Shown here one piece after another: positions 30,098-40,175 of a stretch of DNA of 64,000 nucleotides. The notes beneath the pieces are model-generated. The model did not search any database. It was not told the origin of the DNA and saw only the letters and a program-made list of their open reading frames with translations. The translations under genes were made by a program, and so were the position numbers. The first letter of the stretch is position 1; every line of letters starts with the position of its first letter. The DNA is from Bacteroidales bacterium (GTDB lineage: Bacteria > Bacteroidota > Bacteroidia > Bacteroidales > UBA12077): contig JANQHR010000149.1 in assembly GCA_028282585.1 (NCBI GenBank), positions 12,055-76,054 of the forward strand, given 5' to 3'.

Positions 30098-31861
30098 ATG
30101 AAAAAACAGAAACAAAAATCCGGGATAGCCCGTTTGCTTGTAATTGCAGGCAAGCGTAAAGGTTTACTGTTCCTGTCGGGGCTTCTCGCAATCGTTCATG
30201 CAGTGTTAACGCTAGTACCTTATGCTTTAGTATATTACATTTTGAAAGAATTACTAACCATAGGTATTTCTGCCGGAGAAATTAGTAAGTGGCTGGTTTG
30301 GGCTTTCTTAGCCATATCAGGCTCTTTTATACTAATGTATGCTTCCGGTATGGCATCGCATATTGCTGCCTTCAATATTCTATACGAATTGCGTTGTAAA
30401 ATTGCTGATAAGTTGGGTAAAATGCCCATGGGATATGTAGGGAAGCGAAGTTCCGGCTCGTTAAAAAAAATACTTGCTGATGATGTTGAACGAATCGAAA
30501 CCTTTATTGCCCACGGTATTCCTGATTCGGTAAAAGCCATTACTCTTCCAACCCTGGTACTCATCTTTTTATTTACCATCGACTGGCGTTTATCTTTAAT
30601 CACTTTCGCCCCATTGGTGATAGTTATAGTTCTGGTTTTTTCTGCCTTTGCCACACCAAAAGCCAAAGCAACCATGAAAAAATACCATAGCTCACTCGAA
30701 GACATGAATGCAGGGATTGTGGAATTTGTAAGAGCTATGCCTGTAATGAAAATTTTTGGGCAATCGGCCAGAGCTTTCAAAAAATACAGTTCAACAGTTG
30801 ATGATTACAATACATTTGTTGAAAAATGGACAAAAATATCTGCCAGTGTTTGGGGCATGCTTATTAGTTTTTTGAACAATGCCTTGTTGCCATTGCTGGT
30901 AGTAGGTTTGCTATTCTACTTCAATAATGATTTAACACTTCCCGTGTTCTTCCTGTTCCTGATATTAGGCGTAGGCTTTGTAAGACCGGTATTTGCACTT
31001 ATGAGCCTGGGCCCACAAATAAGTATTATCAATCACGGAGTTAAACGCATCGATGAAATCTTGTTTGAAGTGGAGGAACAAGAATACGGTAAAGAAGAAG
31101 AATCCGATGATTTTTCTGTTGAATTCAAAAATGTGGACTTTTCGTATGTTGAAGGTACAGAAGTACTGAAAGACATTAGTTTTAAAGTACCACAAGGAAG
31201 CATAACAGCGCTCGTTGGGCCTTCAGGTTCAGGAAAATCAACAGCCGGCCAGCTCATCGCACGTTTTTATGATGTAAAAAATGGTAGTATCAGCCTGGGA
31301 GGTATCAATATTAACGATTTTAAAGCTGAACAGTTGATGGAAAATATTGGCTTTGTTTTCCAGGACAACATGATGTTTTTCCAAAGTTTTTATGACAATA
31401 TCCGTATGGGAAGCAACAAAAGCCTGGAAGAAGTAAAAGCCGCCGCAAAAATTGCACGCTGTCACGACTTCATTATGAAATTACCCAACGGATACGACAC
31501 TAAATTCGGTGATAAAGGCATACACCTGAGCGGAGGGGAACAACAACGCATCCAATTAGCCCGGGTAGTGCTAAAAGACCCAAAAGTATTAGTACTTGAT
31601 GAAGCAACAGCATTCAGCGATCCTGAAAACGAACACCTTATCATGCAGGCCTTCAGCGAAATAATACAGGATAAAACTGTTGTTGTTATTGCCCATCGCC
31701 TGTCAACTATTGCCGAAGTCGACCAGATAGTTGTGCTAGATAATGGAAAAGCGGATGCCATTGGTACGCATGAAGAGTTAATTAAAACAAGCAAGTTATA
31801 TATGAAAATGTGGAATGCGCACAAAAGGGCTAAAGAATTCGAAATAATTAACAATGGATAA
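30098..31861 (+). CDS. Fused ABC permease/ATPase, YbtP/IrtA-like
   Basis: SHIAAF, DDVERIE.FIAH.IPD, GPSGSGKST, LSGGEQQR, DEATAFSDPENE. Confidence 0.9.
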   Translation: MKKQKQKSGIARLLVIAGKRKGLLFLSGLLAIVHAVLTLVPYALVYYILKELLTIGISAGEISKWLVWAFLAISGSFILMYASGMASHIAAFNILYELRCKIADKLGKMPMGYVGKRSSGSLKKILADDVERIETFIAHGIPDSVKAITLPTLVLIFLFTIDWRLSLITFAPLVIVIVLVFSAFATPKAKATMKKYHSSLEDMNAGIVEFVRAMPVMKIFGQSARAFKKYSSTVDDYNTFVEKWTKISASVWGMLISFLNNALLPLLVVGLLFYFNNDLTLPVFFLFLILGVGFVRPVFALMSLGPQISIINHGVKRIDEILFEVEEQEYGKEEESDDFSVEFKNVDFSYVEGTEVLKDISFKVPQGSITALVGPSGSGKSTAGQLIARFYDVKNGSISLGGININDFKAEQLMENIGFVFQDNMMFFQSFYDNIRMGSNKSLEEVKAAAKIARCHDFIMKLPNGYDTKFGDKGIHLSGGEQQRIQLARVVLKDPKVLVLDEATAFSDPENEHLIMQAFSEIIQDKTVVVIAHRLSTIAEVDQIVVLDNGKADAIGTHEELIKTSKLYMKMWNAHKRAKEFEIINNG

Positions 31862-31919
31862 TGGACAATTAATAATTATCAATTTTCTACTATCCATTCT
31901 CCATTATTAACTATTAATT
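31846..31919. repeat. 7-nt periodic, self-complementary repeat tract
   Basis: AATTAAC AATGGAT AATGGAC AATTAAT AATTATC AATTTTC TACTATC CATTCTC CATTATT AACTATT. Confidence 0.65.
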
Positions 31920-31929
31920 AAAAAATATT

Positions 31930-33672
31930 ATGTTAAAAAATACTTTATACCTTTTTAAATTAACAAAAATAAGGTTAAACAAAGTTGTAGCCGGAGAGTT
32001 CCTGCATGGACTTTTACTGGCAGCTCCAATAGGAATATTGCTATTGATAATCTGGGAACTGTTCAAAGAAACCCCAGGCAAAACCTACATCTGGCAGTTA
32101 GTAGTCTTTCTGGTTTTTATGTTTATCCTGCAAATGTGGATAGCCAGAAAAATCTTTGTCAGCAACAACCTTGCCATTTACAACATGACATCACGATTAC
32201 GCATTAAGTTAGGTAATCAGCTGCAAAAACTATCGCTTGGATTTTATAAAAGACGTGAACCCGGCGATTTAGCTTCAGTTGTTTTGCAGGATGTTACCAA
32301 TATAGAAACCATTCTGGGTCACTCCCTGCCTAATATTATCGGAGCCATTCTCGGTACATTTTTTCTTTCTATATTCCTCTTGATTACCGACTGGAAACTA
32401 GCCCTGGTATTGTTAGCTGCCATACCATTGGCGTACCTGTTTGTAATTCTGGCCACCATGTTAATGAAAAAAATCAGCCATGAGCATATCCAATCTCGCA
32501 ACCGTACGGGTAGTCGTTTTATAGAATATGTAATCGGCATCAGACACCTTAAAGCATTTAATCAAACAGGAGAACGTTTTTCTACTTTAAAACAAACATT
32601 TGAAAAGCTGCGCAAAGACAGTATTCGTGTAGAAGCTGTTCCCGGTCCGTTTGTGATGTTGAGTTTTATGATTTTTGAGCTTTTTTTCCTGTTAATGATC
32701 TACCACGGACTACTTCGCCTTTCAGGAGATACACTTGATATACCAGCACTGATTGCATTTCTGGTAATAGGTTACAAACTCTACGAACCGCTCAAATTAC
32801 TGATGATTGATTATGCTATTTTACGTTATATGAATGTAAGCCTCAAACGGGTTATAGATTTACTACAATCACCATTACAAGATAAAGGCAAGGATGAAAT
32901 TCCCGATAACTGGCACGTCGAATTTAAAGATGTAACCTTTTCTTACCTCGACCGGGAAATATTGAAAAATGTAAGTTTCAACATTCCCGAAAAAGGATTA
33001 ACAGCACTGGTAGGGGCTTCCGGATCAGGAAAAACCACCATTGCCAACCTGATAGCCCGTTTTTGGGATGTTCAGCAAGGTAGTGTTCGTATTGGCGGCG
33101 TTAATGTAAAAGACATGTCGCCGCAAAACGTTTACAAACTTATCAGTCAGGTATTTCAGGATGTTTACCTTTTTGACGACACGGTTTACAACAACATTAA
33201 AATTGGCAACCCAGATGCATCCCGCGAAGAAATAATGCGAGTTGCAGAAAAAGCACAGGTTACCGAATTCTTAAACATTCTGCCTAAAGGCATTGAAACA
33301 ATGGTTGGTGAAGGAGGCTCTCATCTTTCCGGCGGGCAAAAGCAACGTATTTCCATAGCACGTGCCATGCTTAAAAATGCACCGATAATCCTTCTTGATG
33401 AGGCGACGGCATCGCTTGATCCAGAAAATGAAATATACATTCAACAAGCTATACAGGAACTGGTAAAAGAAAAAACCGTGGTAGTAATTGCCCATAAGCT
33501 GCAAACAATTCGTAATGCCGATAATATAATTGTATTAGAAAATGGAAATATTGCAGAACAGGGTAAACATAAGGAATTATTGAACAACAAAGGACTATAT
33601 GCGAATTACTGGAACACACAGCAAAAAACAACAGGCTGGAAGCTGAAAAAACAAGTTGTAATTGATAATTGA
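31930..33672 (+). CDS. Fused ABC permease/ATPase, YbtQ/IrtB-like
   Basis: GASGSGKTT, ARFWDV, LSGGQKQRISIAR, DEATASLDPENE. Confidence 0.9.
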   Translation: MLKNTLYLFKLTKIRLNKVVAGEFLHGLLLAAPIGILLLIIWELFKETPGKTYIWQLVVFLVFMFILQMWIARKIFVSNNLAIYNMTSRLRIKLGNQLQKLSLGFYKRREPGDLASVVLQDVTNIETILGHSLPNIIGAILGTFFLSIFLLITDWKLALVLLAAIPLAYLFVILATMLMKKISHEHIQSRNRTGSRFIEYVIGIRHLKAFNQTGERFSTLKQTFEKLRKDSIRVEAVPGPFVMLSFMIFELFFLLMIYHGLLRLSGDTLDIPALIAFLVIGYKLYEPLKLLMIDYAILRYMNVSLKRVIDLLQSPLQDKGKDEIPDNWHVEFKDVTFSYLDREILKNVSFNIPEKGLTALVGASGSGKTTIANLIARFWDVQQGSVRIGGVNVKDMSPQNVYKLISQVFQDVYLFDDTVYNNIKIGNPDASREEIMRVAEKAQVTEFLNILPKGIETMVGEGGSHLSGGQKQRISIARAMLKNAPIILLDEATASLDPENEIYIQQAIQELVKEKTVVVIAHKLQTIRNADNIIVLENGNIAEQGKHKELLNNKGLYANYWNTQQKTTGWKLKKQVVIDN

Positions 33673-33724
33673 CAAAGTGGATAATAGTTAATAGATTGAA
33701 AATTGATTGTATATAAAGTTAAAG

Positions 33725-34354
33725 ATGCAAAAGGAAACATATTGGTCGCGTTTTGCAAGCGATTTTGAAGAACGTAACAAGTACGTTGTTGGTAAAAAAG
33801 ATATGCATCTGATATTAAATAAAATCTCAGAGCAAAAAAACCTGAAAAATACATTGGAGTTAGGTTGTGGTAACGGAACTTATTCAAAGGTGCTTGCCTC
33901 AAACACAGATAATCTTTTAGCTACAGATCTTTCTGATAAGATGGTTGAAGCGAGTAAAGCTCGTCTTAAATCATTTTCAAATATTGAAGTTGAAAAGGCT
34001 AATTGTTTTGATTTACAATATGATAATAATTCATTCGACACAGTTTTTATGGCTAATTTGCTTCATATTATTCCGGAACCCGAAAAAGCTATTCCTCAAA
34101 TAAACAAAGTGTTAAAAAAGGATGGAAAGCTAATTATATTGAGCTTTACGGCAGAAGGAATGAAACTCATAAACAAGTTAAGGATGTTTTACCGTTACCT
34201 TAAAACTTATGGGAAACCATCTCCTCATGCTCAAACGTTGTATTTAGAAAATGTAGAAAATATGCTTATAGAAAAGGGTTTTGAAATAAAAGGTTCAGAA
34301 TTGTTGGGTAAAAGAATGAAAGCGATTTTTATAATAGCAGTTAAAAGAACTTAA
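33725..34354 (+). CDS. Class I SAM-dependent methyltransferase
   Basis: LELGCGNG, SFDTV, VLKKDG; likely ATG at 33725. Confidence 0.9.
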   Translation: MQKETYWSRFASDFEERNKYVVGKKDMHLILNKISEQKNLKNTLELGCGNGTYSKVLASNTDNLLATDLSDKMVEASKARLKSFSNIEVEKANCFDLQYDNNSFDTVFMANLLHIIPEPEKAIPQINKVLKKDGKLIILSFTAEGMKLINKLRMFYRYLKTYGKPSPHAQTLYLENVENMLIEKGFEIKGSELLGKRMKAIFIIAVKRT

Positions 34355-34364
34355 TACTTTTTAA

Positions 34365-35000
34365 ATGAAAACTAGGGCAGAGCAAGAACAAAAATTCTGG
34401 GACTCATTTGCGATTAAGTATGATGATCTTATCAATAATAGGGCATTTAAAACCTATAAAGTACTTTATAAATTCTTACTTGCAGATACAATGGAAACAA
34501 AGCATTTATTAGAAATCGCTACAGGTACAGGAATACATTCAATTGACCTCTGCAAGCAAATACCAAAAATTACTGCAACCGACCTTTCACCTGAAATGTT
34601 AAAAATTGCAATAAAAAAAAGCAAAGAAAATAATATTACCAATATAAATTTTCTGGCTGAAGATTCATGTAATCTGTCTTTTCCTGATAAATCTTTTGAT
34701 ACCATTTTAGCTTCTAATGTTTTGCATTTACTTTACAAGCCTGATTGGGCAATGATGGAGATGAAGCGCGTTTTAAAAGATAATGGTAAAATTATCATTC
34801 CTACTTATTGCCATGGGCAAAACCTCTTTACTCATATTATCTCCAGGTTAATGAGTTTATCGGGTTTTAGGGCTAGATCAAGGTGGTCAGTAAAAGGTTT
34901 TAAGAAGTTTTTAAATAAAAATGGTTTTGAACTAATCAAATTCGAAAAGATAAAAGATACCATTCCTTTAGTTTATGCGGTTGTTCAGTTAAAAAATTAA
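34365..35000 (+). CDS. Class I SAM-dependent methyltransferase
   Basis: LEIATGTG, DLSPEML, SFDTI, RVLKDNG. Confidence 0.9.
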   Translation: MKTRAEQEQKFWDSFAIKYDDLINNRAFKTYKVLYKFLLADTMETKHLLEIATGTGIHSIDLCKQIPKITATDLSPEMLKIAIKKSKENNITNINFLAEDSCNLSFPDKSFDTILASNVLHLLYKPDWAMMEMKRVLKDNGKIIIPTYCHGQNLFTHIISRLMSLSGFRARSRWSVKGFKKFLNKNGFELIKFEKIKDTIPLVYAVVQLKN

Positions 35001-35003
35001 ATT

Positions 35004-36032
35004 ATGAGATATATCCTAATTGCCTTTTTATCCGCTATCCTTTTCGGGGCATCTACTCCTGCAGCCAAGGTCCTGCTGGAGAATACTCCTCCGTTTACCC
35101 TTGCCGGATTATTGTATTTAGGGGCAGCATTAGGAGTTTTGCCTTTTTCAAAAAAGAAAAATAATGCACTCGAAGTAAAAAAAATTGGTAAGAAGAATAT
35201 GTTATACCTTCTTGGAGCAATAATTTTCGGGGGATTAGTTGGTCCCGTAATGCTCCTATTTGGATTAGATCAAGCATCTGCTTCTTCTGTTTCAATGTGG
35301 CTCAATCTGGAGCTTGTAGCTACAGCATTATTGGGATTTTTTATTTTTAAAGACCATCTGGGTAAATTCGGATGGATCGGTGTTGTTGGAACAGTGATTG
35401 CGTCAGTACTTTTATCACAATACGAACAAGGTATAGGAATTTATTCTTTACTCCTGGTATTTGCTGCCTGCGTTTGTTGGGGCCTTGATAATCACTTTAC
35501 AGCATTAATTGACCGTATAACACCCAGCCAAACTACTTTTTGGAAAGGTTTAGTTGCAGGAAGTACAAATTTAATAATTGGCTTGCTTGTAGAATCAAAT
35601 CAGCTTTCGGCACTGGTAATATCTTTAGCTTTAATAGTAGGTATTTTTGCTTATGGTTTTAGTATAACTTTATACATTCTTGCTGCACAAAATTTGGGAG
35701 CAACAAGAAGTCAAATGATTTTTGCCAGCGCTCCCTTTTTTGGTGTAATTCTTTCAATTTTATTATTGGGAGAAAGCATTACCATAATTACAATTGCTGC
35801 AATTATATTATTAGTTATTTCACTAATTATACTATTCCGCGACCAGCACATGCATACTCATTCACACAATATGCTTGAACATAAACATTTGCACTATCAC
35901 CACGATAAACATCATAATCATGGACATTCTGATGATGAAAAAGCAATTTATCATAATCACTGGCACACTCATGAGCCAGTCGAACACAGGCATCCACACT
36001 GGCCGGATATTCATCACAGGCATAAACATTGA
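35004..36032 (+). CDS. DMT/EamA transporter with His-rich C-terminal tail
   Basis: LFGASTPAAK, LAGLLYLGA, WGLDNHFT; tail ending HPHWPDIHHRHKH. Confidence 0.88.
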   Translation: MRYILIAFLSAILFGASTPAAKVLLENTPPFTLAGLLYLGAALGVLPFSKKKNNALEVKKIGKKNMLYLLGAIIFGGLVGPVMLLFGLDQASASSVSMWLNLELVATALLGFFIFKDHLGKFGWIGVVGTVIASVLLSQYEQGIGIYSLLLVFAACVCWGLDNHFTALIDRITPSQTTFWKGLVAGSTNLIIGLLVESNQLSALVISLALIVGIFAYGFSITLYILAAQNLGATRSQMIFASAPFFGVILSILLLGESITIITIAAIILLVISLIILFRDQHMHTHSHNMLEHKHLHYHHDKHHNHGHSDDEKAIYHNHWHTHEPVEHRHPHWPDIHHRHKH

Positions 36033-36037
36033 AAATC

Positions 36038-36963
36038 ATGACAAGCCATAATCATCATCACCATCATCGGGAGCACACAGAAAATCTAAAAGGGAAAAAG
36101 TTACTTTGGGTTACTTTGCTCAATTTTTCAATTACATTGGTGCAAATTGCCGGCGGGATAATATCCAACAGTCTTTCGTTATTATCTGATGCTATTCATA
36201 ATCTTGGCGACTCATCTGCCATTTTTATCGCATGGTTAGCGGGCAAAAAGGGCAAAAAAAACCAGACAAACATAGAACATTCGGTTATAAAAGACTTGAA
36301 ATATTGGCAGCTCTTTTCAATGGGATTGTATTAATAGCCATCTGTATTTTTCTGTTGTACGAGGCTTATAAAAGATTTATAAATCCTGAACCGATAAAAG
36401 GAAAAATAATGCTTGTGATAGCTGTTTTTGGTTTACTGGCTAATTTGATTTCAGTTTTAGTTTTAAACAAAGACAAGAATCACAACTTAAATATTAAAGC
36501 AGCATATTTACATTTATTGGGCGATACGCTTTCTTCAGTAGCTGTAATCTTGAGTGGTATTGCAATTTGGTTGTTTCAAATTTACTGGCTCGACCCATTA
36601 ATTACGGTTTTTATAAGTCTTTATATTATCTATCACACCTGGGGAATGGTAAAAGAAACCGTCGATATTTTAATGCAATCGACACCACAGAATATAGATG
36701 TTGATGATTTGAAAAAAGAAGTTGAAAAAATAAGTGAGATAAAGAACTTACATCACGTGCATATTTGGAAATTAGATGATAAACAGGTACACTTTGAATC
36801 ACATATCGACCTTAAAAATAATATAAGCATGGTTGAAATGATGGGAGTAAAACAAGAAGTCGAAGATGTTTTAAGAAATAAATTTAAAGTAAGCCACGTG
36901 ACTTTGCAAATGGGTTATGAATGCTGTACTGATAATAATCATTTAATAGCAGAAAAACACTAA
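36038..36963 (+). pseudogene. czcD: CDF family Co/Zn/Cd efflux transporter split by a -1 frameshift
   Basis: His-rich N-terminus and SLSLLSDAIHNLGD in one frame; PDKHRTFGYKRLE and AAYLHLLGD in another; junction at or near the A8 run 36254-36261. Confidence 0.8.
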
Positions 36964-36983
36964 TTAAAACAAACAGTTTAGCC

Positions 36984-37580
36984 ATGAAAACAAGCGATAA
37001 ATTAATGGGTAAAAACCGGGAAAATATTCCCAACTGGGCTTTCAAATTAATGGCCTTTGTAATGAAAATAATGGATGTATTCTGGAATTATTCCAATAAT
37101 AATTTTAAAACCCTTGGAATTCAAAAAGGTCAAACTATAATTGACTACGGCTGCGGACCTGCAAGGTATATACGAAGTATTTCTTTAGCTATTGGAAATG
37201 AAGGAAAATTAATTGCTACTGATATTCATCCTCTTGCTATCAAAAAAGTAAAAGAAAAAATTAAAAGGTTTAAACTACAAAATACCGAAGCAGCTTTATC
37301 TAAAGGTTATAACTCACCAATCAATAATGATACTGCGGATGTTGTTTTAGCGCTTGATATGTTTCATATGATTCAAAACCCGGACGCTTTATTAAATGAG
37401 TTCAAACGTATTTTAAAGCCTGATGGCATAGCAATTATCGAAGATGGACATCAACCTCGAGAAGAAACAAAATTAAAAATTTTATCTAACAGAAACTTTG
37501 AGATAATTGAAGAAAATAAAAATCACATGAAAATTCAAAAATCAACAACTTTTTCAAAAAGATGGGTAAGTTCCGGATAA
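36984..37580 (+). CDS. Class I SAM-dependent methyltransferase; C-terminal tail derived from an MMPL remnant
   Basis: IDYGCGPA, RILKPDG; residues from 37527 onward resemble the MMPL start at 39316. Confidence 0.85.
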   Translation: MKTSDKLMGKNRENIPNWAFKLMAFVMKIMDVFWNYSNNNFKTLGIQKGQTIIDYGCGPARYIRSISLAIGNEGKLIATDIHPLAIKKVKEKIKRFKLQNTEAALSKGYNSPINNDTADVVLALDMFHMIQNPDALLNEFKRILKPDGIAIIEDGHQPREETKLKILSNRNFEIIEENKNHMKIQKSTTFSKRWVSSG

Positions 37581-37658
37581 GATACAAGTTTCCTCGTATA
37601 AGATTATGATGAGATTGGGAAAGATGACGATAAATGCTTTATCTCCCCTCTCTGTATG

Positions 37659-37701
37659 AAAATCATAACAAATTGGGATTGATTTTTTCTGAACAGTGTT
37701 C
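37659..37701 (+). promoter_or_regulatory. 23-bp box copy 3 plus TetR operator copy 3
   Basis: AAAATCATAACAAATTGGGATTG (37659-37681) and GAACAGTGTTC (37691-37701). Confidence 0.65.
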
Positions 37702-37727
37702 TTTATTTGTATATTAACTTCTTTTAA

Positions 37728-38341
37728 ATGCAGAAATTAAAAAAGGATATTCGCAAACAAGCAATTATTCACGCTAAAAATAAATTTACTGCAAAAGGAT
37801 TTAAAGATGCTTCGATGCGAACTATTGCTAAAAATGCAAAGGTTGGGTTAAGCAATATTTACAACTACTTTAAAAACAAAGACGAAATATTTAAGGAAGT
37901 GGTGTCTCCGGTATTGGAAGCACTAAAGAAACGGATGGAAGACCATAATAACACACATTATATTACAACTGATGTATTTACATCTGAGCAATACCTATAA
38001 GTGAAATGATAGATTATTTCGTTGATCTGGTAAAGCATTATAAAACCGAATTGAAACTGCTTTTATTACAGTCGCATGGTTCTGAACTTGAAAACTTTAA
38101 AGATGAATATATAGACCGAAGTACGGAAACAGGTATAGAATATATAAAGCTTATGAAAGAAAAGTACCCGAAAATAAATGGAGAATTATCAAAGTTTTTT
38201 ATCCATACCATGAGTTCATGGTGGATTAGCATTATAAGCGAACTCGTTTCGCACGATTTAAGCGATAAAGAAATGGAAACTTTTGTCTCAGAGTTTATAA
38301 TATTTGGTACAGCAGGATGGAAGAAAATTATGAATGCATAA
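37728..38341 (+). pseudogene. TetR paralog broken by a 2-bp (TA) insertion
   Basis: 614 nt versus 612 nt for tetR1; removing TA at 37998-37999 restores a gapless 203-aa alignment. Confidence 0.85.
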
Positions 38342-38359
38342 TTTTTTCAGAACAAGCCT

Positions 38360-38370
38360 GAACACTGTTC
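38360..38370. promoter_or_regulatory. Putative TetR operator, copy 4
   Basis: GAACACTGTTC, with an extra GAACA 10 bp upstream as in copy 2. Confidence 0.7.
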
Positions 38371-38438
38371 TTTATTGAAAATAGTCACAACAAATAACGA
38401 TACTACAAACTTCGGTCTTCCTATTAAATAATAAAAAA

Positions 38439-39266
38439 ATGAATGAAACATCTTACATCAAAGCGTTGGATAGTACAGCTAAACAAACAGAGCCAGCCAT
38501 ACGCAAAGCCTTAGAGTGGTTGAAATTATCCGAAGGCAGCAAAGTTCTCGATGCGCCATGTGGTACAGGAAATCATATGAAATGGATGCTGGAGGCATAT
38601 CCTGATACTCATATTACTGGGGTGGATATTGCTCAGGAACACGTGCAGTATGCCAGAAGCAAGCTTAATCAGTCTGGCAAAGGTGGTTCCTGCCATTTTA
38701 CGGTGGGCGATATGAACAACCTGGAATTTGACGATAATACTTTCGACCTGGTTTGGTGTTGCGACGGCCTTTGGCCCGGCCCTAAAGAAGTGGGTTGCCC
38801 TGCCGAACAACCTTACGATATTCTGAACCATATGGTCAGGGTCACCAAACCCGGTGGCAAGATTGCCATTTTATTTTGGTCATCGCAAAGATTGTTGCCC
38901 GGTTATCCGAAAATTGAGGCTACACTTAATAATTCAGACTATGCCCTTCGTCCCTGGTCCGAAAAACAGTCTCCAGAAATGCACTTTACGTATACACCAG
39001 TATGGTTAAAGAAAGTTGGGCTAAGCAACATTCAGGTAAAAACATTTGCAGCCGATATTAAAGCTCCTGAAAACCAATCGGAAAAAGAAGGGTTACAAAT
39101 ACTCTTTGATCTGTTTTGGGGTGAATCCGAAGCGCAAGTTTCCAAAGAAATTTGGAAAAAATTCAAAAGCCTTACAAATTCTAAATCGGATGAATTTATC
39201 CTAAACAATGAAAGCTATGCAGGGATATTGACTTACACCATGTACACGGGTATTTTACCCGAATAA
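38439..39266 (+). CDS. Class I SAM-dependent methyltransferase
   Basis: VLDAPCGTG, FDDNTFDLVW, RVTKPGG. Confidence 0.9.
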   Translation: MNETSYIKALDSTAKQTEPAIRKALEWLKLSEGSKVLDAPCGTGNHMKWMLEAYPDTHITGVDIAQEHVQYARSKLNQSGKGGSCHFTVGDMNNLEFDDNTFDLVWCCDGLWPGPKEVGCPAEQPYDILNHMVRVTKPGGKIAILFWSSQRLLPGYPKIEATLNNSDYALRPWSEKQSPEMHFTYTPVWLKKVGLSNIQVKTFAADIKAPENQSEKEGLQILFDLFWGESEAQVSKEIWKKFKSLTNSKSDEFILNNESYAGILTYTMYTGILPE

Positions 39267-39315
39267 AACATAAATAATAGAAAAACAAACAGAGTCTGTA
39301 ACAAAAAATGATATA

Positions 39316-40036
39316 ATGAAAATAAAAAAAATAAACACCTTTTTTAGAAAAATGGGTAAATTTCAAATAAGGTACAGATGGCCTCTGATTATTCTTGCCC
39401 TATTACTTACCGTTTTTGGTATTACCGGGTTAAAGCATATTGAAATAGCAAATACCCGTGATGACTGGTTCGATGACAAGGAAGCTATTGAAATAGCAAC
39501 CGAGGAATTTGGTTCTTTCTCGCCAGGCTTTGGTTGGAAAAATAGTTTCAAAAGACTGTAAGGAAACATGGCTTACACTTTCATTACTTGAATTTCCGGA
39601 ACAAGAGGAATCGGAAAAAGAAACGAATATTGACCCTTTGTTCCAAACCGGGGAAGCTGCCGTACGCATAGTAACCGACCCCAAAGGGCAAAGCGAAATA
39701 ATGGGAACAATTGTGAATGTGGAATATATTGAAAATGGTACGCTTTATGCCAATGTCATAATACCCACCTTATATAGCACACCTCCTGATTTGCTAAATG
39801 ACTACTCGGTAACATCTGTGGAATTGAATTTAATTAACAAAACTGCTAAGTCACTAGGTTTCGATAACGCCGCAACGAATAATACCATTGCCACTTACGA
39901 TGATATAGTATTGTTTGGATTAAACACAGCAAATGGTAGTGGATTATTTACTTATGACCCGTCAACAGATACTGCCAACAAAGAAGTCCTGATTGAGCTT
40001 GATGGAATCTCTTACGGGGCACATCAATTCAAATAA
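39316..40036 (+). pseudogene. Chimeric deletion scar: MMPL/RND N-terminal fragments fused to a lipoprotein C-terminus
   Basis: MMPL-like start (RYRWPLII...DDWFDD); frame change near 39509; from about 39686 the sequence aligns with the C-terminal part of 45624..46847. Confidence 0.7.
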
Positions 40037-40048
40037 CTGAGGTTACTA

Positions 40049-40098
40049 CAAAGAATAAGGTTGGAAGTAGTTATGAACTCACCCAACTTTGTTCTTTG
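40049..40098 (+). terminator. Stem-loop after the lipoprotein remnant
   Basis: CAAAGAATAAGGTTGG...CCAACTTTGTTCTTTG. Confidence 0.6.
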
Positions 40099-40175
40099 AC
40101 AACTATTTGTTATAAATATAATAAAATACCAAAAGTTTTTTAGACAATGCTATCTTTATAAAGAAACCTAAAATA

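Noticed and set aside
31846-31919. CRISPR array
   Set aside because: 7-nt degenerate units with no spacers; no cas genes in the window.
37998-38000. Stop-codon readthrough or recoding in tetR2
   Set aside because: The two halves are in different frames; a 2-bp insertion explains it exactly.
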